The notes under the pieces: generated by a model
The model's input: only the letters and a program-made list of their open reading frames with translations
What the model was told of the DNA's origin: nothing
Databases searched by the model: none
Source of the DNA: Candidatus Brockarchaeota archaeon
Lineage (GTDB): Archaea > Thermoproteota > EX4484-205 > DTQO01
DNA length: 33,013 nt
Assembly: GCA_017601265.1 (NCBI GenBank)
Contig: JAFNJA010000005.1
Span: 1 to 33,013 of the forward strand
Direction: 5' to 3'
Shown here: in pieces, positions 26,452 through 33,013 of the stretch
Position numbering within the stretch: position 1 is the first letter of the stretch
Layout of the letters: each line of letters starts with the position of its first letter
Translations under genes and position numbers: made by a program

Positions 26452-26954
26452 GCACGGGGGGGCGTTCCGGAAACGCGGGGAGGAGCCCCGCCGCGGGTTT
26501 CATGCTCGGAGTCTCAGCCAGTTTCCTCGCCCTCCTTCTCGCGACGATGGCGGCGCAGCTCCTTGAAGCCACCCAGGCGGCCTTCGGGCTCCGCTCGCTT
26601 TTCGAGTACGCGTTCGTCCCTTTGGTCGTGCAAAGCTGCCTCGTATCGATGTACATGCGGGGGAGGGTCGCGGGCCTCTTGCTTCCCCTGGCATCCACGA
26701 TCGCTGGGACGCTCCTTTTCCTGGCGGTAATGTTCATGCCTTCGCTGCCGCTCACGGTGATCGTTCCGACGATGTACAACGCCATGATCGCGAGCGTTCT
26801 CGGAGGCGTGGTCGGAACCGCCGCGGGCGGGGCGAGGATCGGCAAGGTGAAAACCTACAACTCGGATTCGAAGCCGAGGACTTGTTGGGCGTGCGGTTCT
26901 GAGATCCCGCCAGGGGCGTTCTTCTGCCAAAGGTGCGGGGAAAAGGCGAGATGA
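26448..26954 (+). CDS. Membrane protein with a C-terminal zinc ribbon.
   Basis: 168 aa with 4-5 hydrophobic helices, then CWACGSEIPPGAFFCQRCG (CxxC-x10-CxxC). Start and stop overlap both neighbours. Confidence 0.6.
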   Translation: MSTGGRSGNAGRSPAAGFMLGVSASFLALLLATMAAQLLEATQAAFGLRSLFEYAFVPLVVQSCLVSMYMRGRVAGLLLPLASTIAGTLLFLAVMFMPSLPLTVIVPTMYNAMIASVLGGVVGTAAGGARIGKVKTYNSDSKPRTCWACGSEIPPGAFFCQRCGEKAR

Positions 26955-28228
26955 TGGCCGACGTGGTTTCGGTCTCCCTGCCCTATGGAAAGGGAGCGGT
27001 CGACTGCAAGCTTCCGAGGCGGAGGGTCAGGGGCGTTCTGGAACCGAGGGAGGTGGAGGCCGGGCTTCCGCCCGGGGACGTGCTCGCTGCAGCGCTCAGG
27101 CGGCCGATCGGGATCGCTGGCAGGCTTGGACGGCTCGCGAGGGGCAGGAAGAAGATCTTGTTGATAAGCAGCGACCAGACGAGGCCCGTGCCGAGCAGGA
27201 TCACTCTCCCCCTCCTCCTCGACGAGATATCTTCGAAGGAAGCCGAGGTCAAACTGCTGATCGCGACCGGGCTGCATTCCCCGCCGTCGAGGAGCGAGAT
27301 GGAGGAGAAGTACGGGAAGGACAACCTTGAGAGGTTCTCCCAGATCATAATTCACAGGAGCTCGGAGGATGACGAGCAGTTCCATGCGGGGAGGCTGTCC
27401 ACGGGCATGGAACTCGAGGTCAACAAGGAACTGATGGCTGAGGGTCAGCTGACGATCGCTGAGGGCTTCATAGAGCCCCATTTCTTTGCGGGCTTCACTG
27501 GCGGCCCGAAGAGCGTCCTACCGGGAGTCGCTGGCGCGAGGAGCATCATGTTCAACCACTCCGCGGACAGGATAGACGATCCGCTTTCGAGGAGCGGCGT
27601 GCTCAGGGGCAACCCGATACAGGAGGAGATGAGGGAGGCTTCGTTGAAGGCGGGGCTCGGGTTCGTGCTGAACGTCATCTTGGACGGAAAGAAGGAGATA
27701 GCCGGGGCGGTCGCGGGGGAGACGCTAGCCGCCCACGAAGCCGGGTGCGCGATGGTATCGGAGCGCAGCAAGGTAAAGGCGGCGCCCTCCGAGATAGTGG
27801 TGACATCGAACAACGGCTTCCCCCTCGACAGGAACCTTTACCAGATGGTGAAGGGGTTGTCGGCGGCGGCTTTGACGGTGAAGCGGGGGGGCGTCATTGT
27901 CATAGTCGGGGAGTGCGTCGACGGCGTAGGGCACGGGAAGTTCCAGAAGATGCTGGAAGGATCTGAGAGCCCGGAGGACCTGCTCCTGAAGATAAGGAGC
28001 GGGGAGATCAACGAAGAGGACCAGTGGGAGGCGCAGATCCTTGCGAAGGTTCTCGAGATCGCGAGGGTGATCGTCGTGAGCGGGGGCCTCAAGAAGAGCG
28101 TCGTCGAGCGCATGCACATGCTCCACGCGTCATCATTGGAGGAAGCGCTCGACAGGGCTTTCGAGCTGGCTGGTCCGGAAGGAAAGGTGACCTTCCTTCC
28201 CAGGGGGCCCGCCACGATCGTCGCTTAG
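26951..28228 (+). CDS. larA: LarA-family nickel-pincer-cofactor-dependent racemase/epimerase (lactate racemase-like, DUF2088).
   Basis: About 425 aa. ATG overlaps the upstream stop (ATGATG). IATGLHSPP, FIEPHFFAGFTGGPKSVLPGVAG and FNHS correspond to the LarA His/Lys cofactor and catalytic regions as I recall them. Confidence 0.8.
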   Translation: MMADVVSVSLPYGKGAVDCKLPRRRVRGVLEPREVEAGLPPGDVLAAALRRPIGIAGRLGRLARGRKKILLISSDQTRPVPSRITLPLLLDEISSKEAEVKLLIATGLHSPPSRSEMEEKYGKDNLERFSQIIIHRSSEDDEQFHAGRLSTGMELEVNKELMAEGQLTIAEGFIEPHFFAGFTGGPKSVLPGVAGARSIMFNHSADRIDDPLSRSGVLRGNPIQEEMREASLKAGLGFVLNVILDGKKEIAGAVAGETLAAHEAGCAMVSERSKVKAAPSEIVVTSNNGFPLDRNLYQMVKGLSAAALTVKRGGVIVIVGECVDGVGHGKFQKMLEGSESPEDLLLKIRSGEINEEDQWEAQILAKVLEIARVIVVSGGLKKSVVERMHMLHASSLEEALDRAFELAGPEGKVTFLPRGPATIVA

Positions 28229-28767
28229 GAAAAGCGCCCCCGTCTCTTACCCTGACCGCGGGAAAGGGCCTTGGCCAAGAAGGACGCGATCTCATTCGCC
28301 GCGCATTCGACCTCGGGAGTCAGGCCGGTCCCGAAATCCGAACGCCCCGGCTGGATGAGCAGCAGCGCGATCTTCGCTTCCGTCTCCTTCTCGATGAGGT
28401 TGCAAAAGATCGAGAGGGGGAGGGAGTGCGTCGAGACCGAAGAGATCGAAGCCAATTCTCCGGGGTCTGCCAACGTCCTGTATCCTGGTTCTCTTCCCAA
28501 GGCCGCGGCGTCGATGAGCAAGACGTGGGTGGGTTTGAAATTGGCTATGGGCTGGACGAAGTTCTCCGGGACGGTTTCGCACTCCGCCAAGTAAACGTTC
28601 TCCGGAACCTTGCCGCGCAAGTCTTGGACGATCTTGACCCCGACGGAATCGTCCATCCTGAGCGGGTTCCCAATCCCCGCTACAGCGACGCGCCCAGCTT
28701 CGGAGAGCCACCTCGAGAGCTTCCTTTCGGCCCCCATCGAGCCAGCGCCTTCGAAGCGGCTTCCCAT
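28225..28767 (-). CDS. hycI: [NiFe]-hydrogenase maturation endopeptidase (HycI/HybD family). The start is 28767 or ATG 28737.
   Basis: VAVAGIGNPLRMDDSVGVKIV, LLIDAAALG and VSTHSLPL are typical of the maturation protease. It is divergent from the hydrogenase operon. Confidence 0.82.
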   Translation of the reverse strand: MGSRFEGAGSMGAERKLSRWLSEAGRVAVAGIGNPLRMDDSVGVKIVQDLRGKVPENVYLAECETVPENFVQPIANFKPTHVLLIDAAALGREPGYRTLADPGELASISSVSTHSLPLSIFCNLIEKETEAKIALLLIQPGRSDFGTGLTPEVECAANEIASFLAKALSRGQGKRRGRFS

Positions 28768-28969
28768 ATCCGTTGCTCTTCCCGAGGGCGTATTCGAAGC
28801 GCCGGATGGACTAAGGGGGCCAAAATCCCGCCTTCAGTTCGGGGCGGTTTGGACGAACGCTTAAAGCGCGCAGGAAGGCGCGTTAAGTTTAAATCCAACC
28901 GCTTTCGCCGCGCTTCGGGTTCGGAACTACCTGAAAGGAGGCGGCGTATGAACGTTAGAAGATTCGGCT

Positions 28970-29278
28970 GTGGCGCTTGCGAGCATCTTGGCCGTCTCGG
29001 CCCTCATATACCTTCTCGGTAGGTCAAAGGCGCCGAAGCCCGGAAGGAGCGCGGAAAAGCTCTCCGCGTACGCTTGCGGCGAAAGGGTCCGCCTCGGCAG
29101 GCTGGCGATAGACGTTACGTTGTGCAACTACCTCGTTTACTTCACGATCCTCGACTCGGCTGTCCTAATTTTGGCCTTCGCATCCCCGGAGGTAGTTCAT
29201 GCGGGATTCGCGACGTTGATGACCTACATTTTCACGGTACTGGCAGCCGCGCTCCTGCTGTCTTTTGGTGGTGAATGA
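28970..29278 (+). CDS. NuoA/ND3-like membrane subunit of the hydrogenase complex.
   Basis: 102 aa. An N-terminal TM helix is followed by KLSAYACGE (compare K..PYECG in NuoA) and YLVYFTILDSAVLILAF. The stop overlaps the next start. Confidence 0.7.
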   Translation: MALASILAVSALIYLLGRSKAPKPGRSAEKLSAYACGERVRLGRLAIDVTLCNYLVYFTILDSAVLILAFASPEVVHAGFATLMTYIFTVLAAALLLSFGGE

Positions 29279-29709
29279 TGCCCAGGCTTGGGCTCTTGGA
29301 GTGGGCGAGGAAGAGGTCTCCCTGGATGCTTCACTTCAACAGCGGAGCTTGCAACGCGTGCGACGTGGAGGTGGTGGCGCTTCTGGCGCCCAGGTACGAC
29401 GTTGAGAGGTTCGGCGTCCTCAACAACGCAACCCCTAGGCAGGCGGACATCCTGGTCGCTACCGGGCCGGCGACTAGGCAAGCGGCACCAAGGTTGGTGA
29501 GGACCTACGAGCAGATGCCGGAACCGAAGTTCGTCATCGCCGTCGGGACGTGCGCCTGCTCCGGAGCGCCCTTCAAGACGTGCTACAACGTCCTTTGCGG
29601 CGTTGACAAAGTGGTTCCGGTCGACATGTACGTTCCCGGATGCCCGCCAAAGCCCGAGGCGATCCTCTACGGAATAACCAAGCTCCTGGACCTGAAAAAC
29701 GGAGGTTGA
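29275..29709 (+). CDS. Group 4 [NiFe]-hydrogenase small subunit (NuoB/PSST-like).
   Basis: 144 aa. The cluster ligands are CNAC, GTCACSG and PGCPPKPEAI. Confidence 0.9.
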   Translation: MMPRLGLLEWARKRSPWMLHFNSGACNACDVEVVALLAPRYDVERFGVLNNATPRQADILVATGPATRQAAPRLVRTYEQMPEPKFVIAVGTCACSGAPFKTCYNVLCGVDKVVPVDMYVPGCPPKPEAILYGITKLLDLKNGG

Positions 29710-29734
29710 GGGCTTGTCCGCGGAGGAGGAGGCA

Positions 29735-31384
29735 ATGGAAGCCATTTCCAAAAGGTTGGGCGAGAGAGCGCAGGAATGCAGGATCGCGGCACCCAGGAGG
29801 ATCTGCGTTCTTGTCAGGTGCGGATCGCACAGGGACGCCATCTCGGCGCTCCTCGAGCGTTTCGAGTTCACGACGATCTCGACGATAACGGGCGTCGACC
29901 TTGGCGAAGATATCGAGCTGAATTACCACCTCTGGTGCGGGAGGACGGAAGTTACGGTGAAGACAAGGTTGCCGAAGATCAGGCCCGATGTTGAAACCGT
30001 GACCGACATCTTGCCGGGCGCAGCCCTTTACGAGAGGGAGGCGTTCGAACTGCTCGGCGTCAGGTTCCTGGGCCACCCAGGGCTGAAAAGGCTTGTGCTT
30101 CCGGATTCGTGGCCCGAGGGGCAGTACCCGCTCAGGAGGGATTGGAAACCCGAAATCGCAGGCTTGGAATTCCCGCAAGAAGCGGATTCGGTCGCCATCG
30201 GAGCGGAGGGGGAGAATCGAGGTTCGACCGTAAACGTCGTCTTCGGCCCTCAACACCCTGCCCTGCACGAGCCCGAAAGGTTTCTTTTCAAGCTTGACGG
30301 GGAGATCGTCGTCGATGTCGAACCGCGACTGGGGTACGCCCACAGGGGCATAGAGAAGGGAGCAGAGAAGCTCATGTTCTTCCAAGCGACCCACCTGATC
30401 GAAAGGATTTGCGGCATATGCAACGTGGCGCACGCCACCTGCTTCTGCCAAGCTGTTGAGTCCTTGGGCGGCATCGAGGTCCCGCCGAGGGCCAGTTACC
30501 TGAGGACGATCGTGCACGAGCTCAACAGGTTGCACAGCCACCTTCTCCTACTCGGAGTTGCCGGCATGGAGATCGGGTTCGAGACGCTTTTCCAATACTC
30601 GTGGCGCGACAGGGAGATGGTGCTGGACCTTACCGAGAAGGCGACGGGAAACAGGATCATGGCGGAATACAACGCGATAGGGGGCGTGAGGAGGGATCTT
30701 GACCCGATCGTTGGGGAGGAGATGAAGAAGGTGTTGTCAGGGATCAAGAGGCGCGCGGCCTTCTACAAGAAACTTTTGGGCGAAGATCCAACATTCGGGT
30801 TGAGGACGAGGGGGATCGGGGTCCTAAAGGCTGCCGAAGCCTTGAGGCTGAGCGTCGTCGGGCCGGTCGCCAGGGGGTCGGGCATCAAGATGGACGTGAG
30901 GAGGCACGACCCGTACGCTGCGTACGGGGAGATTCCCTTCGAGGAGGTCGCGTACGGGGAGGGCGATTCCTGGGCCAGGTTCATGGTTAGGTTGGACGAG
31001 ATCGCACAAAGCGTCGATATCGTAAACTACGCGATAGAAAAACTTCCGAGCGGCCCATACAGGGCAAGGGTTCCGAGGAGGGTTCCGGAGGGGGAAGCGC
31101 TCGGCAGGGTGGAGGCTCCGCGCGGAGAACTCGTCCACTACGTGAAGAGCGACGGCACCGCGTACCCGCAACGCGTCAAGGTGCGGAGCCCCACGCTGGC
31201 GAACATAATGTCTTTCAGGGAGATGATCAGGGGATGCTACGTCGCGGACATACCCGCGGTCCTAGCAAGTTTGGACCCGTGCTTCTCCTGCACGGACCGC
31301 ATGGCTTTCCTCGACGTTAAAAGCGGAATGAAGTGGTTTTGGAGCTTGGAGGAGATCAAGAGGAGGAGGCTCGGAAAGCCGTGA
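29735..31384 (+). CDS. Group 4 [NiFe]-hydrogenase large subunit fused to an N-terminal NuoC-like domain (NuoCD/HycE-like architecture).
   Basis: ATG 29735 is preceded by GGAGGAGGAGG (alternative TTG 29714). The NuoC part is YEREAFELLGVRFLGHPGLKRLVLP. The NuoD part is FGPQHPALHEP. The NiFe ligand motifs RICGICNVAH and DPCFSCTDR are followed by a 27-aa C-terminal extension. Confidence 0.92.
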   Translation: MEAISKRLGERAQECRIAAPRRICVLVRCGSHRDAISALLERFEFTTISTITGVDLGEDIELNYHLWCGRTEVTVKTRLPKIRPDVETVTDILPGAALYEREAFELLGVRFLGHPGLKRLVLPDSWPEGQYPLRRDWKPEIAGLEFPQEADSVAIGAEGENRGSTVNVVFGPQHPALHEPERFLFKLDGEIVVDVEPRLGYAHRGIEKGAEKLMFFQATHLIERICGICNVAHATCFCQAVESLGGIEVPPRASYLRTIVHELNRLHSHLLLLGVAGMEIGFETLFQYSWRDREMVLDLTEKATGNRIMAEYNAIGGVRRDLDPIVGEEMKKVLSGIKRRAAFYKKLLGEDPTFGLRTRGIGVLKAAEALRLSVVGPVARGSGIKMDVRRHDPYAAYGEIPFEEVAYGEGDSWARFMVRLDEIAQSVDIVNYAIEKLPSGPYRARVPRRVPEGEALGRVEAPRGELVHYVKSDGTAYPQRVKVRSPTLANIMSFREMIRGCYVADIPAVLASLDPCFSCTDRMAFLDVKSGMKWFWSLEEIKRRRLGKP

Positions 31385-32376
31385 TACTGGATACGCGCTT
31401 CTTCTTCAGGGTACTCGTCTTCCCCGGATTCCTGTTCCTCTTCTCGTTCACGCTCTTCTGCGACTGGTTCGAAAGGAAGGTCATGGCCAGGATGCAAAAC
31501 AGGATGGGGCCTTCCTACGCGGGTCCATTCGGGATCCTCCAGCCCTTCGCGGACTGGGTCAAGTTGCTAACCAAAGAAGACATCGTTCCCGAGGGCGCTG
31601 GTGGGCTTGCGCTTGCCATCGCTCCGATAATCTCATTTTCCTTGCTCGTGCTGTCGATGCTTTACTTCCCATTGGACGGCGCGAACGCCTTCTCCAACGA
31701 AGGATTCGAGGGCGACCTTCTTCTCGTCCTGGCATTGGTGACGTTCGCCAACTTCCTTCTGTTCCTCTTGGGCTGGTCATCCTCGAACCCTTACAGCGGG
31801 ATCGGGGCCGTCAGGATCATGACCCAGTTCGTCGGTTACGACATACCGCTCACGATCCTGTCTTTGGGGCCGGCCTTTTTGGCAGGAAGCTTGTCATTAT
31901 CTAGGATAGCCTCGGTCCAGAAAGTGCCTTTCGCTCTTGTAATTCCATGGGTCTTCGCGTTTTTCCTTCTTGCCCTTCAGGCAGAGCTCGAGGAGGACCC
32001 CTTTGACACGCCACACGCAGAGACCGAGATAGCGGCAGGTTACTGGACAGAGCTCACAGGCAGGAAGCTGGCCTTCGTCCGCTTTTCTGAAGACCTCCAA
32101 GTTGTCTTCGGGGCAGTGCTTGCTGCCGACCTGTTTTTAGGTGGCCCGTATGGGCCAGCGTTCGAGCTTGGACATGGTTTGCCTATAGTCTGGTTCGTCC
32201 TGAAGGCCCTTTTCATTATATTCATGCTTGAGTTCGTCGAGGCGGTTTGCGCACGACTCCGAATAGACCAAGTGGTTAGGACTAATTGGAAGCTGATGGT
32301 CCCCCTCTCGCTTCTCTCCTTGGCACTTGTGACATTTTGCATTCCATTCGTTCAGTCAGCAACGGGAGGAGCCTGA
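31381..32376 (+). CDS. NuoH/ND1-like membrane subunit (HycD/MbhM/EchB family).
   Basis: GTG overlaps the upstream stop (GTGA). Contains ERKVMARMQNRMGPSYAGPFGILQPFADWVKLLTKEDIVP and multiple TM helices. Confidence 0.9.
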   Translation: MILDTRFFFRVLVFPGFLFLFSFTLFCDWFERKVMARMQNRMGPSYAGPFGILQPFADWVKLLTKEDIVPEGAGGLALAIAPIISFSLLVLSMLYFPLDGANAFSNEGFEGDLLLVLALVTFANFLLFLLGWSSSNPYSGIGAVRIMTQFVGYDIPLTILSLGPAFLAGSLSLSRIASVQKVPFALVIPWVFAFFLLALQAELEEDPFDTPHAETEIAAGYWTELTGRKLAFVRFSEDLQVVFGAVLAADLFLGGPYGPAFELGHGLPIVWFVLKALFIIFMLEFVEAVCARLRIDQVVRTNWKLMVPLSLLSLALVTFCIPFVQSATGGA

Positions 32377-32379
32377 GAG

Positions 32380-32745
32380 TTGGGGAGGGTTAGGCTGCCG
32401 CGGATGGCGGTGGAGGTTGTCTCATCGCTTTTCAAGAAGTCATCTACACGCAAGTATCCTTTCGAGAAGCCGATCGTTCCACTCGGCTCGCGCGGGATGC
32501 AGGTCTTCCATTCGGTGATGTGGCACGGCTGTGGACTGTGTCCCAGGGACTGCCCTGCGGGTGCGATCGAGATGGTAGAAGTTTCGGGCAAGAAGATGCC
32601 GCTCATACGCATAGACAGCTGCATATTTTGTTACGTCTGTGTCGAAAACTGCCCAAGGAAAGCTCTGACGGAATCGAACTTAGCTGGCCACCGCGGACAA
32701 AGAGGAGCTCGTCATCAGGCCAGGAGGGAGCCCTCCGAGCGCTGA
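32380..32745 (+). CDS. NuoI-like 2x[4Fe-4S] ferredoxin subunit (MbhN/HycF/EchF family). The 3' end is probably frameshifted.
   Basis: The N-terminus RVRLPRMAVEVVSSLFKKSSTRKYPF is MbhN-like. The motifs are WHGCGLCPRDCP and CIFCYVCVENCP. The R-rich tail after TESNL looks off-frame. Confidence 0.8.
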   Translation: MGRVRLPRMAVEVVSSLFKKSSTRKYPFEKPIVPLGSRGMQVFHSVMWHGCGLCPRDCPAGAIEMVEVSGKKMPLIRIDSCIFCYVCVENCPRKALTESNLAGHRGQRGARHQARREPSER

Positions 32746-32792
32746 AACCTCTAGGGGGGATTAGGACGTTCGCTTACGACAACCTTTTCGCC

Positions 32793-33013
32793 ATGGCGAT
32801 ACTCGTTTCGGCCTTCATGGCGTTGCATCTCGAGAACATCACGCATGCCGTGATCTCATTCGCTGTAGCTCTTGTAGCTCTTTCTGCCCTTTACTTCTAC
32901 GTAGAGGCTCCTTTCGCAGCGATCTTCCAACTTGTGGTCGGAGCTGGAACTATCGCCGTCTTTCTCCTTGCTGGCGAGATGCTCTCTCCGAAAGGGGAGA
33001 AGGCCCAGAGGCT
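32793..33013 (+). CDS. NuoJ/ND6-like membrane subunit. It is partial (runs off the right edge), and the true N-terminus probably lies upstream of the first ATG.
   Basis: The frame through 33013 is open and not in the ORF track. LENITHAVISFAVALVALSALYFYVEAPFAAIFQLVVGAGTIAVFLLAGEML matches the NuoJ pattern (RN.IH....Y..L.A.F.A..Q..VY.GAI.VLFLF). Confidence 0.65.
   Translation, partial: MAILVSAFMALHLENITHAVISFAVALVALSALYFYVEAPFAAIFQLVVGAGTIAVFLLAGEMLSPKGEKAQR

Noticed and set aside
1-33013. Search for CRISPR repeats, tRNA/rRNA genes, IS elements, integrases and long direct or inverted repeats.
   Set aside because: I saw no periodic repeat-spacer pattern, no T-loop/acceptor-like tRNA signature in the intergenic spacers, and no transposase or integrase-like ORF. 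This was done by eye only, so short or degenerate elements could be missed.

Overview
Dense, high-GC archaeal chromosomal window with about 35 protein genes and no rRNA, tRNA, CRISPR array or mobile element that I could recognise. The archaeal assignment rests on Cdc48/VCP, an NFACT/RqcH homologue, a PPP phosphatase, gatCA, A/T-box (TATA-like) promoters with short or absent leaders, GGAGG Shine-Dalgarno sites inside operons, and AGG/AGA-rich Arg codons.

Gene content, left to right:
- A large polytopic membrane protein (runs off the left edge), followed by a truncated paralogous remnant.
- A HAD-IIA phosphatase.
- A sugar/amine catabolic cluster: xylose-isomerase-like isomerase, a second TIM-barrel enzyme, class II aldolase, DapB-like amine dehydrogenase, M81/MlrC peptidase, class III aminotransferase.
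- A small orphan ORF, a PPP Ser/Thr phosphatase, a flavodoxin, gatC-gatA, an FGGY sugar kinase, a nucleotidyltransferase with a large helical domain, and an OCD/mu-crystallin enzyme.
- A cdc48 - wHTH - HExxH mini-protease operon.
- PGM/PMM and a tandem GNAT.
- A small EMC6-like membrane protein divergent from an rqcH - 2 membrane proteins - larA operon.
- A hydrogenase maturation protease divergent from a membrane-bound group-4 [NiFe] hydrogenase operon with complex-I gene order (nuoA-B-CD-H-I-J..., runs off the right edge).

The two most interesting candidates are the Cdc48-linked wHTH plus SprT/Wss1-like zincin module and the complex-I-ordered [NiFe] hydrogenase.

Several genes show start-codon or frame anomalies: the MlrC 5' end, the NuoA-like 5' end, the NuoI-like 3' end, the NuoJ-like 5' end and the membrane-protein remnant. 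These could be assembly indels, pseudogenisation or non-canonical initiation.

All functional calls come from motif recognition by eye. No database search was run.
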